Shown here: positions 34,397 through 44,378 of the stretch, one piece after another
Layout of the letters: each line of letters begins with the position of its first letter
Numbering within the stretch: the first letter of the stretch is position 1
Origin: a virus
DNA: 64,000 nt
IMG/VR virus record: IMGVR_UViG_3300042922_001062
Span: 15,478 to 79,477 of that record
Strand: one strand, 5' to 3'
Notes under the pieces: generated by a model
What the model was told of the DNA's origin: nothing
Databases searched by the model: none
The model's input: only the letters and a program-made list of their open reading frames with translations
Made by a program: the position numbers and the translations under genes

Positions 34397-35669
34397 GGCT
34401 TTCGGCGAAGGACTGGCCTCGTCTGTAGCTGACCATATCGACGCTATTGTCCAGCCTCTGCTGAAGCGTATCGAGGAACTGGAAGCTCGCCAGCCCCAGC
34501 GCGGCGAAAAGGGTGCCGATGGCCGCGATGGCACCAGCGTGACCTTGGCTGACGTCGAGCCGGTCATTGTGCAGGCCATTCGGCTCGCGATGTCTGGGCT
34601 GCAGCCGGCGCGCGATGGTGCCGATGGAAAGGATGGCCGCAGCATCACGGTCGAGGATGTGGCGCCCCTCATCGCCCAAGAGGTCGCCAAGGCCGTGGAC
34701 GCCCTTCCGGTGCCCGTTGACGGCAAGGACGGCCGTGACGGTGAAACGCCCGGCGACGAGCAGATCGCCGCCGCTGTCGCCCGTCACTTCGAAGCGAACC
34801 CGCCTGCCGCCGGCCGTGACGGCGTCGATGGCGCTCCGGGTCGGGATGGCGCCGACGGCAAGGATGCCGCGCCTATCACCGATGCAGCGCTCCACGATGC
34901 CGTTGCGCGCTATCTCGCCGCCAATCCGCCGCCGGCGGGTCGTGACGGCCGGGACGGTGTTGACGGCAGCCCTGGCAAGGATGGCGCCGATGGAGCGCCG
35001 GGACGGGACGGTGTCAACGGCAAGGACGCTGCGCCTATCACCGACGAAGACATCAACCTCGCTGTCACGCGCCATCTGCAGACCAATCCGCCAGCCGCCG
35101 GCCGGGACGGGCGTGACGGTATCGACGGCGCGCCCGGCCGGGATGGGATCGACGGCAAGGATGGCGCGCCTGGGAAGGATGGGTCTGATGGCCGTGACGG
35201 CGTCGGTCTCGCCGGCGCGCTCATTGACCGGGTCGGCCAACTTGTCGTGACACTCACGGACGGCAGCACGCGCGAGCTCGGACCCGTCATCGGTCGCGAC
35301 GGCCGTGACGGCGCCAACGGGCGGGATGGAGTGCCTGGTCGCGACGGGTTCTCGCTCAAGGATTTCGACGCCGAACTGAAGTCGGACGGCCGGACGCTGG
35401 TCCTGAAGTTCGACGACGGGTCGGACATCGCCTTCGCCGTCGAGCTTTCCTTCCCGGTCATGATCTATCGGGGTGTCTTCAAGGAAGGGCAGCCCTACGA
35501 GTGCGGTGACACCGTGACGTGGGCGGGCTCGCTGTGGCACTGCGATGCCGCCACCTCGGAGCGCCCCGGCGAAGGTTCGAAGGCGTGGACCTTGGCGGCG
35601 AAGCGCGGCCGCGACGGCAAGGAAGCCGTCTCGCTCCCGCGCGACCGCAACGAACCGGTGAAGCTGTGA
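34383..35669 (+). CDS. Collagen-like (Gly-X-Y) head accessory protein
   Basis: Repeated GRDGVDG.PG.DG blocks alternating with AVAR...NPP helices; C-terminal aromatic domain. Confidence 0.8.
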   Translation: MFDGKAFGEGLASSVADHIDAIVQPLLKRIEELEARQPQRGEKGADGRDGTSVTLADVEPVIVQAIRLAMSGLQPARDGADGKDGRSITVEDVAPLIAQEVAKAVDALPVPVDGKDGRDGETPGDEQIAAAVARHFEANPPAAGRDGVDGAPGRDGADGKDAAPITDAALHDAVARYLAANPPPAGRDGRDGVDGSPGKDGADGAPGRDGVNGKDAAPITDEDINLAVTRHLQTNPPAAGRDGRDGIDGAPGRDGIDGKDGAPGKDGSDGRDGVGLAGALIDRVGQLVVTLTDGSTRELGPVIGRDGRDGANGRDGVPGRDGFSLKDFDAELKSDGRTLVLKFDDGSDIAFAVELSFPVMIYRGVFKEGQPYECGDTVTWAGSLWHCDAATSERPGEGSKAWTLAAKRGRDGKEAVSLPRDRNEPVKL

Positions 35670-35965
35670 TGACCCTGATCTCTCTGGAAGAGGCGAAGCA
35701 GCACCTCAAGGTGGATGACGCCGCCGAGGATACCGAGATCGGAAATTTGGTCGCGTCCGCGTCGGACATGATCATGGATTACCTGAAGCGGACGGAGACC
35801 GGCTGGGATGAAGCTACCACGCCTCCGCTGGTGAAGGCGGCGACCAAGATCATCCTGTCCGGGCTCTATGACGATCGTGAGGGCACCGGCGCCGGCGACT
35901 TCTTCGCGCCGAATGGAGCCGTAGCCCGGATCTTGGCCCGCTACCGTGATCCCGCGATCGCCTGA
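35669..35965 (+). CDS. Head-tail connector (HK97 gp6-like)
   Basis: LISLEEAKQHLKV, P.VKAA, YDDRE. Confidence 0.88.
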   Translation: MTLISLEEAKQHLKVDDAAEDTEIGNLVASASDMIMDYLKRTETGWDEATTPPLVKAATKIILSGLYDDREGTGAGDFFAPNGAVARILARYRDPAIA

Positions 35966-36578
35966 GGCCGCCTGGCCGGATTGGAGCGGCCGAACCTGTG
36001 TCGTGGTGGCCTCGGGGCCGAGTGCCGGCAACATTGACGTCGGCCTCGCGCGCGGAGCGTCGCCGGTAATCGTGATCAACGAAAGCTGGCGGCGCGCACC
36101 GTGGGCCGACGTCCTCTATGCCTGCGACCATGCATGGTGGCGGCACCGCGCCGGTGTCCCCGAATTCCGCGGAGTGAAGATCGCCGGCGACAGGCGTGCC
36201 TCCAACGAAGGCTGGGGCGTGCTGGCCGTAAGGGTGCGCCGCGTCGATACGATGGTGTTCGGGGAACCTGATGTGGTCGGGCGCGGCGGCGGCGCCAGCG
36301 GCTTTCAAGCCGTGAACCTCGCCGTGAACCGGGGTGCCCACCGGATCCTGCTTGTCGGCTTCGACATGCTGCCGGGCCGCCGGCACTGGCATCCCGATCA
36401 CAGCGGGCGCCTGAGGAATCCGACAGACCATCTCTTGCGGCTTTGGGCGAGCGCGCTCGATCGTGCGGCCGAGCCGCTTCGGGCGCGAGGCGTCGAGGTC
36501 GTGAACTGCAGCCCAACATCGGCGCTGACGGCATACCCCCAGATCGAATTCAAGGAGGCGGTGAGATGCGCGAACTGA
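35946..36578 (+). CDS. Glycosyltransferase-like protein (MAF/MptE/sialyltransferase-like fold)
   Basis: CVVVASGPS, VIVIN, SGFQAVNLA, ILLVGFD, VVNCS. Confidence 0.65.
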   Translation: MIPRSPEAAWPDWSGRTCVVVASGPSAGNIDVGLARGASPVIVINESWRRAPWADVLYACDHAWWRHRAGVPEFRGVKIAGDRRASNEGWGVLAVRVRRVDTMVFGEPDVVGRGGGASGFQAVNLAVNRGAHRILLVGFDMLPGRRHWHPDHSGRLRNPTDHLLRLWASALDRAAEPLRARGVEVVNCSPTSALTAYPQIEFKEAVRCAN

Positions 36579-37141
36579 CCACCCGCAGCGGCCGCCGGCC
36601 GTCTCAACTCCCGGAAGAGCTCTTCGCCTTCACCGACCTCCTACGCGCTCGCGGGGTGACGTCGTACCTTGAGGTCGGTGCGCGACACGGCGACACCTTC
36701 AATACCGTGATGCGCTCGCTCCCTACGGGCGCTCGCGGTGTTGCCGTCGATCTCGGCGGCGGCCCTTGGGGCACGCTGAAGAGTGTTCGGGCGCTGGAGG
36801 ATACGGTCCGCGCGCTTCGTCTCGACGGCTACGATGCCGATGTCGTCTTCGGCGACAGCACATCGGAGGAGGTCACCTCCGCGGTAGCCGCTACGGCGCC
36901 GTTCGATGCCATCTTCATCGATGGTGATCACCGCTACGACGGCGTAGCTGCGGACTGGAACAACTACGCCCGCATGGGCAAGATCATCGCATTCCATGAC
37001 ATCGCCGGCGACGGCATGACGGATCGCGCTGGCAATCCCGTCGAGGTGCCGCGGCTCTGGGCAGAGATTCGAGCCGTCTGCAACACCGTCGAGTTCATCG
37101 CGCCCGGCTCCGCAATGGGTATCGGCGTCGTTCTGCCGTGA
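36566..37141 (+). CDS. Class I SAM methyltransferase (Methyltransf_24-like)
   Basis: YLEVGARHG, FDAIFIDGDH.YDGV, IIAFHD. Confidence 0.85.
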   Translation: MRELTTRSGRRPSQLPEELFAFTDLLRARGVTSYLEVGARHGDTFNTVMRSLPTGARGVAVDLGGGPWGTLKSVRALEDTVRALRLDGYDADVVFGDSTSEEVTSAVAATAPFDAIFIDGDHRYDGVAADWNNYARMGKIIAFHDIAGDGMTDRAGNPVEVPRLWAEIRAVCNTVEFIAPGSAMGIGVVLP

Positions 37142-37926
37142 GGGCGATCATCGTGGCGGCGCCGCGCGCCGCTCATCAGCAAGGCTTCGGCGGCGCTTTC
37201 GCCGCAGGCCTGCGCCGCCATGGCGTCACGGTGGAGATCCTGCCGGCGCCTGCGCCGTGTGACCTTCTCGTGCTCTGGGGCGTCCGCCAGCGCGGGGCGA
37301 TCGAACGGCAGAAGGCGGCCGAGGGCGAGGTCTGCATCCTCGAGCGCGGTTACGTCGGCGACCGCTTCACATGGACATCGGTGTCATTCGGCGGCGGCTT
37401 GAACGGACGGGGCGAGTTCCGCGGTCCTGTCGATGATCGCAGCCGCTGGGATCGGCATTTCGCTGGCCTCATGCGGCCGTGGCGGCGACAGGCGGGCTAC
37501 GCGCTCATCATGGGTCAGGTGCCCACGGATGCCGCGCTGCGCGGCATCAACCCGATGCGGCTATGGAACGATGCCGCCGCGCGCCTGAGAGAGCAGGGCG
37601 GGGAGGTTCGCTTCCGCCCGCACCCGAAGGCACCCGGCGTCAGGCTCCGCGGTGTCCCGCTGGCGTGTGGCGGCCTCGACGAGGCCTTGGCCGGGGCATC
37701 GGTCGTCGCCACGATCAACAGCAACAGCGGCGTCGATGCCGTCCTAGCCGGTGTTCCGACTGTGGCGCTCGATGCCGGCTCTATGGCCAGGCCCGTGGCC
37801 GCGCACGATGTGGGCGAGATCCTGACGCCGGATCGTGAGGCATGGGCCGCCCGGCTGGCGTGGTGTCAATGGACCATCGATGAACTCGGGTCCGGCCTCT
37901 GCTGGGAGATGGTCGGCCATGGCTAA
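37138..37926 (+). CDS. KpsS/KpsC-like GT-B glycosyltransferase
   Basis: ILERGY, GQVPTD, FRPHP, INSNSGVDAVLAGVP. Confidence 0.7.
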   Translation: MRAIIVAAPRAAHQQGFGGAFAAGLRRHGVTVEILPAPAPCDLLVLWGVRQRGAIERQKAAEGEVCILERGYVGDRFTWTSVSFGGGLNGRGEFRGPVDDRSRWDRHFAGLMRPWRRQAGYALIMGQVPTDAALRGINPMRLWNDAAARLREQGGEVRFRPHPKAPGVRLRGVPLACGGLDEALAGASVVATINSNSGVDAVLAGVPTVALDAGSMARPVAAHDVGEILTPDREAWAARLAWCQWTIDELGSGLCWEMVGHG

Positions 37927-38266
37927 CACCCCGCGTGTCGGCGAGCTTCGGCATCGTCTCGCTTTCGACAAGCGCGGCCAAGGCAATGATGGTTTCGGCA
38001 ACACGGTGACATCCTGGCAGGAGCAGTTCGTTGTTTCCGCCGCCATGCGCCCTCGCGGCGGCTCGGAGGCCGTCATTGCCGCCCGCCTCGAAGGGCGCAA
38101 CCTTGTCGGCGTCTATGTGCGGTCATCGACGCAGACCCGCCAGATCACGACTGACTGGCGTTCGCGCGACGTCCGTCGAGGCACCGAATACGCCATCGTC
38201 CACGTCGATGCCGTCACCGATCCGGCGTGGGTCTATCTCGATATCCGCAGCGGGACGGCGGCCTGA
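37919..38266 (+). CDS. Head-tail adaptor / head closure protein
   Basis: GELRHRL.F, DGFG....W, GGSEAV.AARL.G. Confidence 0.85.
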   Translation: MANTPRVGELRHRLAFDKRGQGNDGFGNTVTSWQEQFVVSAAMRPRGGSEAVIAARLEGRNLVGVYVRSSTQTRQITTDWRSRDVRRGTEYAIVHVDAVTDPAWVYLDIRSGTAA

Positions 38267-38769
38267 TGGCCCGTCGCGGCGGGATCATCGGGCTGGCGAA
38301 GCTCGATCGAAAGTTGAAGCGGCTTCCACAAGTCGCTCTCATCGAAATCCGCTCGGCGATGGAAGCCACCGCCGGGCAGATCGTCGCTCTCGCGAAGTCG
38401 CTGGCGCCGAAGGAAAGCCACGCGCTGGAGAGGTCAATCGGCTGGACGTGGGGCCAGCCGCCTCGGGGCTCGATCACATTGGGCAAGGTGGCCCGCTCCG
38501 CTCTCGGGAAGCAACTCACCATCACAATCTACGCCGGGGACGACGAGGCGTTCTATGCCCGATGGGTGGAGTTCGGCACGGCGCCGCATAGCCTTGCCAG
38601 CGGTGCGGATGTCGGCCGGAGCAAGAGGCAGGACGGCGGTGCCCAGCATCCCGGCGCGGCGGCGCATCCGTTCTTCTTCCCGGCCTACAGGGCAAACCGC
38701 AAGGAAGCGAAACGCAAGGTCCGCGCGGCGACCCGCCGAGCGGCCAAGCGCGTAGCTGCTGGAGGCTGA
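38266..38769 (+). CDS. HK97 gp10-like tail completion protein
   Basis: FYARWVEFGT, AHPFFFPA. Confidence 0.88.
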   Translation: MARRGGIIGLAKLDRKLKRLPQVALIEIRSAMEATAGQIVALAKSLAPKESHALERSIGWTWGQPPRGSITLGKVARSALGKQLTITIYAGDDEAFYARWVEFGTAPHSLASGADVGRSKRQDGGAQHPGAAAHPFFFPAYRANRKEAKRKVRAATRRAAKRVAAGG

Positions 38770-38770
38770 T

Positions 38771-39160
38771 ATGGACGCCTCGCTGGAACTGCAGGGCAAG
38801 CTGTTCGCCGCCCTCACCGCGGCGGGAATCGCCGGCGGCCGTGTCTACGATCACGTCCCGCCCGATGTCGCTTTCCCGTATGTCAGCTTCGGGCCGTGGA
38901 CGTCGACGAGCGATGATGCCGACTGCATCAGCGCCGACGAGATCACCGGGCAGATCGACGTCTGGTCCCGCCAGCCCGGCTTCGTCGAAGCGAAGCAGAT
39001 CGCTCGCGCTGTCCGCGACGTCTTGCGGGATGCCGACCTGACATTGGCAAGCAATGCGCTGGTGCTTCTTGAGCACCGCATCACTCGCAACATGCGCGAG
39101 GCCGACGGCCTGACATCGCGCTCGGCGATCACCTTCACGGCTCTGATCGAAGAGCCCTGA
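38771..39160 (+). CDS. Tail terminator (DUF3168-like)
   Basis: RVYDHVP...FPYV..G, IDVWSR. Confidence 0.85.
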   Translation: MDASLELQGKLFAALTAAGIAGGRVYDHVPPDVAFPYVSFGPWTSTSDDADCISADEITGQIDVWSRQPGFVEAKQIARAVRDVLRDADLTLASNALVLLEHRITRNMREADGLTSRSAITFTALIEEP

Positions 39161-39226
39161 TCCCTCGGCACCGCCCGAGATACCCGCCCGCTCTGCGGGC
39201 TTTCTGTGCTGCGACAGGAGATTTCA

Positions 39227-39664
39227 ATGGCACAGCCCGAAACCATCAAGGGCGGCAAGGTCAAGGTCTTGCTCGGCTCCGGCTCGCCCATCGATTACGG
39301 CGCCCCGTGCGGCTTCACCTCGAAGTCGATCACGCTGACCAAGGGCCTCGAAGAGGTGAACATTCCGGACTGCGACAACCCCGATGCGGTATCGTGGGTC
39401 GGCCGGGATGCTTCCAGCCTCTCGATGGCCGTTTCCGGCGAAGGTGTCACCGCTGCGGAATCGGTCGAGGTCTGGCTCGATGCCTGGGAGAGCGTCGAGA
39501 GCGTTCCGGCTCAGGTCGTGTGGGAGTTCCCGAGCAAGACGATCACCTGGGAGGGCTTCATGCACGTCGAGACCATCGAGGCGACTGCTCCGAACGGGCA
39601 GCGCGTCACGCAGACGGTGAGCATGCAGTCCGACGGCGAGATGGTGCGCGTGGTGACGCCGTGA
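39227..39664 (+). CDS. Major tail tube protein
   Basis: APCGFTSKS, PDCDNPD, VSGEGV, MQSDG; AGGAG RBS. Confidence 0.85.
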   Translation: MAQPETIKGGKVKVLLGSGSPIDYGAPCGFTSKSITLTKGLEEVNIPDCDNPDAVSWVGRDASSLSMAVSGEGVTAAESVEVWLDAWESVESVPAQVVWEFPSKTITWEGFMHVETIEATAPNGQRVTQTVSMQSDGEMVRVVTP

Positions 39665-40232
39665 GCCGAGACGCCAGGTTGGTCACCAAGGTCGCCGGCG
39701 TCGATGTCGAGTTTCGCCTCGGCTGGGGGCAATTGGTGACCCTCCAGGAAACGTGCGACGCCGGTCCCTTCGTTATCCTCAACCGGCTTGCCGACGGATC
39801 GTGGAAGACCGACGACATCGCCGCCACCTTAGTGCTCGGCCTTGTCGGTGCCGGGCGCACGCATATGGAGGCGCTCGGCATCGTCGAAGGCTGGCTCGAC
39901 GAAAAGAACGGGCGGCTGCCGGTCGAGAACCTGACGCTCGCCCAGGCGGTGCTCGGCGCCAGTCTTGTCGGCGCGCCGGATGAACCGCTGGGAAAAGCGG
40001 CGGCGGCGGATCAGAAGATCGCCTAGACGATCTCCCGAACGGCAAGTTCAGGTTCGCCGCCATTTACGGGGCCGGGGCGGTCCTCGGCTTCACCCCGCAG
40101 CAGGTCGACGCCATGTCGATGTGGCAGTTCATGGCCGCCGTCGAAGGCTATGCCGCCGCGCACGATCCGAAGGCCGGGCAGCGGCTTAGCGCCCAAGAAA
40201 AGGACAGCCTCGCCGACTGGCTCGGGATTTAA
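39661..40232 (+). CDS. Tail assembly chaperone G (39661-40026) and -1 frameshift product GT (to 40232)
   Basis: G GGA AAA slippery site at 39990-39996; the -1 frame is open to TAA at 40232 (GFTPQQVDAMSMWQFMA). Confidence 0.8.
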
Positions 40233-40242
40233 CCGGCGCTGG

Positions 40243-40842
40243 TCACCTGTCGGTTATCTCCGGCGGGTGTTGGCCTCTGTCGTCGGTTACACAGCGGGCG
40301 CGCTGCGGCAGATCGAGGCCAAGGCCGTTCTTCGCTGAGAAGTCGAAGGTCACCGCGACGTTGCCCGTCGGCGCTCTGTAGACGTTCGTTGTGAACCATG
40401 ACTTGTCGAACGACGACGGGAAGCGAAGCGTCCTCCTGACGGACGTCTCGCACCGGGCGACGAGCTCGGAATCCGGAATGGCGACCGTCTTCTGCTGGAT
40501 GGATACCGGGGCCAATCCGGCATCAAGGTCGGCGGCAGTGAAATAGAACCGCTGCAGGTTCGTGCAGTCCACAAAGATCACGATCTTATTGGGCGGGGCG
40601 CTCCGGGTATCGGAGAGCTCCGAGACTTCCACCTTGTCGCATGCCGGGTTCGAAGCGGCTCGCTCGGCGGCCACCTTTCGGTAGCCATCGATACGAGCGA
40701 CGGCCTTCGCGCCCCATTTCGCGAATGTCGTCGGATAACCCTTCGGGGTGTACGGCGCGTAGGCGATGGGATCGACCACGCCAGCGGGCGCCGCCGTCGA
40801 CACCCAGGCGCCCAACAATCCGATCAGCAGGCTCTTGAGCAA
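40243..40842 (-). CDS. Secreted/periplasmic moron protein in the tail operon
   Basis: Signal peptide, four Cys; antisense between the chaperone and tape measure genes. Confidence 0.75.
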   Translation of the reverse strand: MLKSLLIGLLGAWVSTAAPAGVVDPIAYAPYTPKGYPTTFAKWGAKAVARIDGYRKVAAERAASNPACDKVEVSELSDTRSAPPNKIVIFVDCTNLQRFYFTAADLDAGLAPVSIQQKTVAIPDSELVARCETSVRRTLRFPSSFDKSWFTTNVYRAPTGNVAVTFDFSAKNGLGLDLPQRARCVTDDRGQHPPEITDR

Positions 40843-40854
40843 GAGAACCCCCCT

Positions 40855-43290
40855 ATGGCCTCTGCAACCGACCTTGAGCGCCTCGTCGTCCAGCTATCGG
40901 CCGACGTCAAAGGCTTCGAAAACTCGATGAACCGCGCGGCCGGTATCATGAACCGGCAGGCCCGCGAAATCGAGCGTCGTAGCTCCCAGATGGCCAGCCG
41001 CCTCAACGGCATCGGTCGTCAGGCGGCGCAGAGCCTTATTGTGCCCTTTTCGGGGATCGCATCGGCACTCAGTGTCCGGGAAGTCGCCGCCTACGCCGAC
41101 ACCTGGACCGAGGCCGGCAACAAGATCCGTGCCGCGGCGACGTCTGCCGGTGTCCAGGCCCGGAGCCTCAACGATCTCAAGGATGCTGCGAACGCCGCGC
41201 GCACCGACCTCGAAAGCTATGTCGACCTCTATGCCCGGCTGATCCGCTCGGCTTCCGGCGTGGCTGAGAGCGAGCAGGAGATCGCGGCGGCAACGCAGAT
41301 CGTGGCGCAGGCCTTCAAGGCCGGCGGCGCCTCCGCCTCGGAACAGGCCGCCGGCATCCTGCAGCTGGGGCAGGCGTTGGGCTCCGGGGTGCTGCAGGGC
41401 GACGAGCTCCGGTCCCTGCGCGAAAACGCGCCGATCCTGGCACAAGCCATTGCCGACGAATTCGGCGTGACGATCGCCGGATTGAAAGAGCTCGGCGCCG
41501 AAGGCGCGCTGACCTCGGAACGGGTGTTCCGGGCGATCCTCAATGCGCAGTCGAAGGTCGCGGCTCAGTTCAAGGCGACCAACGCGACGATCCGTGACGG
41601 CGTCACGGCCGTGAACAATGAGTTCCTTGCCTACATCGGGAACGCGGACAGCTCGGCAGGCGCCAGCCGCGCGCTCGCCGGCGCGCTGCTGGATCTCGCC
41701 GCAAACTTCGGCCCGGTCGCTGACGGTGTGTCCGCGCTTGCTCTCATCATTGCCGGGTCTCTGACCGGTCGCGCTCTTGCCGGCTTGATCGTCACGCTGC
41801 CGAACGCCGTCGCGGCTCTTGGTGCCCTCCTGACGGCGCTGCGCGCTGGAGCGCCGGTGGCGGCGACCTTCACCGCAGCGCTTGGCCCTATCGGGCTGCT
41901 GGTCGGTGCCGCCGCTGCGGCGATGCTCCTCTTGTCGTCTCGGCAGGAGCAGGCCGACGAGGCCGCCCAGGCTCACCGCAAGGCGCTCGTCGACCTACAG
42001 GACGCCTATGCTGCGGTGAAGACCGGGAGCGAGGGCGCCGAGAAGAAGCTCGCCGACCTGTCGGCTAAGCACCTCGAAGCCGCGAAGGCCGCGGTCACCA
42101 ACGCCAAGGCGCAGTTGGAGGCAGCCCGCGCGGTACAGGCCGCCGGCGAATCCACGATGCCGGCTTTCGGCCCGGAAGGTCTGCTGGCTCCGGCCGCGCA
42201 GGCCGGCTTCGTGGAGCGGAACACCGCTGCTGCCATCGAGATGCTGGAGAAGCGGCAGGCCGAGCTCGCCGATCTCGAAAAGAGGCTCGCCAATCCGGAA
42301 ACCGGGCTTGCCGGCGATACTGCCGGCTTCGGAAATGCCCCGGCGGTGACCTCAAGTTCGAAAGTCGGTCGGCGTACCGCTGACGACCGCTTCCGAGAGG
42401 ACATCCAGTCGGTGCGAGACCGCACCGCCGCGCTCGCCGAAGAACAGTCGATGATCGGCCAGAGCCTCGCCGTGCAGGAATCCCGCCGCGTCGCCCTCGA
42501 TCTGGAGCAGCGAGCTCTTGCTGATCTCCGCGAGGAAGCCCGACGCAAGGGCGAGACCGACCTCGAAAGCATCCAATTGGCGCCCGAGCAGATCGCGGCG
42601 ATCCATGAGGTGGCGGACGCCTATGGCCAGCAGGCTGCGGCGCTTCAACAGGCGCAGCAGGCTTTCGCTGAAGGAAATGCCTTGGCGCGCGACTTCACTG
42701 GCGACTTAGTCGACGGCTTGAAGGACGGGAAGCTCGAGGCAGGAGAACTCGCCGACGCCCTTGCTGATGTCGGTGATCAACTTCTCGACCTCGCACTGAA
42801 CGCCCTATTCGACACCAGCAGCGGCGGCGGAATCCTGGGGGCGCTTTTCGGCGGCCTCGCCAAGGGCGGGACGGTCTCCGGTTCGGGCGGTATCGGTCAT
42901 GCCGCGACCGGCGGCAGCATCAGCGGACCTGGAAGCGGAACCAGCGACAGCATCCCCATGATGTTGTCCGACGGCGAGTATGTCGTCCGTGCCAGCCAGG
43001 CCAAGAAGTTCGGCGCCCTGCTTGAAGCGATCAATTCTGGAAGGATCGGGAGGATGGCAGCGGGCGGCCCTGTGTCGGCCCCCCGCTTGCCGCCGCTGAC
43101 GACAATGGGCGGTGCCTCCGGCGGGACCATGCGGTTCTCGTATCAGGGGCCGTCGGTGTCCATCGGGGCCGGGGCCTCGGTGGAATCCGTGGCCGCGCTA
43201 CGCAAGGTGCTGGAAGAAGATCGCCGCAGCTTCGCGCAGCGCACGGTGCGCGTCATCCGCGACGCGCAGCGCCGCAATGTGGGGATCTGA
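40855..43290 (+). CDS. Tape measure protein
   Basis: DLERLVVQLSAD, QLGQALGSGVLQGDELRSLRENAP, GPGSGTSDSIP.MLSDGEYVV. Confidence 0.95.
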   Translation: MASATDLERLVVQLSADVKGFENSMNRAAGIMNRQAREIERRSSQMASRLNGIGRQAAQSLIVPFSGIASALSVREVAAYADTWTEAGNKIRAAATSAGVQARSLNDLKDAANAARTDLESYVDLYARLIRSASGVAESEQEIAAATQIVAQAFKAGGASASEQAAGILQLGQALGSGVLQGDELRSLRENAPILAQAIADEFGVTIAGLKELGAEGALTSERVFRAILNAQSKVAAQFKATNATIRDGVTAVNNEFLAYIGNADSSAGASRALAGALLDLAANFGPVADGVSALALIIAGSLTGRALAGLIVTLPNAVAALGALLTALRAGAPVAATFTAALGPIGLLVGAAAAAMLLLSSRQEQADEAAQAHRKALVDLQDAYAAVKTGSEGAEKKLADLSAKHLEAAKAAVTNAKAQLEAARAVQAAGESTMPAFGPEGLLAPAAQAGFVERNTAAAIEMLEKRQAELADLEKRLANPETGLAGDTAGFGNAPAVTSSSKVGRRTADDRFREDIQSVRDRTAALAEEQSMIGQSLAVQESRRVALDLEQRALADLREEARRKGETDLESIQLAPEQIAAIHEVADAYGQQAAALQQAQQAFAEGNALARDFTGDLVDGLKDGKLEAGELADALADVGDQLLDLALNALFDTSSGGGILGALFGGLAKGGTVSGSGGIGHAATGGSISGPGSGTSDSIPMMLSDGEYVVRASQAKKFGALLEAINSGRIGRMAAGGPVSAPRLPPLTTMGGASGGTMRFSYQGPSVSIGAGASVESVAALRKVLEEDRRSFAQRTVRVIRDAQRRNVGI

Positions 43291-43292
43291 CG

Positions 43293-43943
43293 GTGGCCAT
43301 CACCTATCCTCGCAACCTGCCGGCCTGCGGCGCCCGGCGGGTCGCTTTTGAACTGCTCGATCCGGTCGTCTCGTCGCCAAGCAAGCGCGGACTGGTGATC
43401 AATCGCACGCAGGTGGTTGACCCGATCTGGCACCTGCGCGCGGAAACGTACACCCTGCGCCAGCCGGCGGAATGGGCTGCCTGGGGCGCGAGCCTCGGCG
43501 GCGGGCTTCGCACCTTCCTCGCCTCGGATTCCCGCTATCGCCGGCCTCTGGCCTATCCGAATGCAGAAGCCCCCGGCGACATCTCGCCGGGATGGGCGGG
43601 CACCGCCGCCATCACCGCACTCGGCGCCGGTGGTGCTCTATCTCTGGTCAGCCTGCCGGCAGCCTACAAGATCAAGGCCGGCGACCGCATCGGCATCCAG
43701 CAAGGATCGCCGGAGCGGTATGGCTATTACCAGGCCCTGGAGGATGTGACGGCGACGGCCGGCGGCGCCGCGACCTTGACCGTCGCGCCCTTTCTCCACA
43801 CCAGCATCTTCACGGCGCCGGGCACGGCCCGGCTGTGGCGCCCCAGCGTTGAATTCGTGCTGGACGCATCGTCCTGGCGTGAGGAGCCCGGCGCCCGGCC
43901 GGGATGGTCCACCTTCAGCTTCGAGGCCTGGCAGAAGCTATGA
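43293..43943 (+). CDS. Distal tail-like protein
   Basis: Position after the tape measure gene; RPLAYP and F.F.AWQKL. Confidence 0.7.
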   Translation: MAITYPRNLPACGARRVAFELLDPVVSSPSKRGLVINRTQVVDPIWHLRAETYTLRQPAEWAAWGASLGGGLRTFLASDSRYRRPLAYPNAEAPGDISPGWAGTAAITALGAGGALSLVSLPAAYKIKAGDRIGIQQGSPERYGYYQALEDVTATAGGAATLTVAPFLHTSIFTAPGTARLWRPSVEFVLDASSWREEPGARPGWSTFSFEAWQKL

Positions 43944-43970
43944 TCACGCTTCCTCCCAATCTGCTCGCAG

Positions 43971-44378
43971 CTATTGACGCTCTACCTTCAAGGGCGGCGC
44001 CGCTTCTGCGCTTCTCATTCGAGGACGGAGGGCGGCACTTAGCTCGCGTGGCAGACGAAAGTGGTGAACCGATCCGCCCTCTAACGTTAGAGAAAGCACA
44101 ATTGTCCCCGGCGTCTCGGTCGGCCCAGCGTCGACGGCCGAAACCTCAGTCATTCTGACGAACCCCACCGTGCCGATGGGCGGTTGCATCACGCTCAGGT
44201 TCAAGAGCAGGCCGAGCTGGTAATGCAGTTGTTCCGCTTTCTCTCGGCTGAGGCCCAAGTTCAGAACGCTATCTCCGGCTGCGATCGGCCAGGTTAAAAC
44301 GACCGTATCCCCCTCTGGCGTCATCGCCAGATCAACGCGGTCGCAATCATAGATTTTCTGGCTTGGTTCGTACTGCAT
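43971..44378 (-). CDS. Hypothetical moron inserted in the tail operon
   Basis: GGAGGGG RBS; flanked by a duplicated gene start (43940 and 44450). Confidence 0.65.
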   Translation of the reverse strand: MQYEPSQKIYDCDRVDLAMTPEGDTVVLTWPIAAGDSVLNLGLSREKAEQLHYQLGLLLNLSVMQPPIGTVGFVRMTEVSAVDAGPTETPGTIVLSLTLEGGSVHHFRLPRELSAALRPRMRSAEAAPPLKVERQ

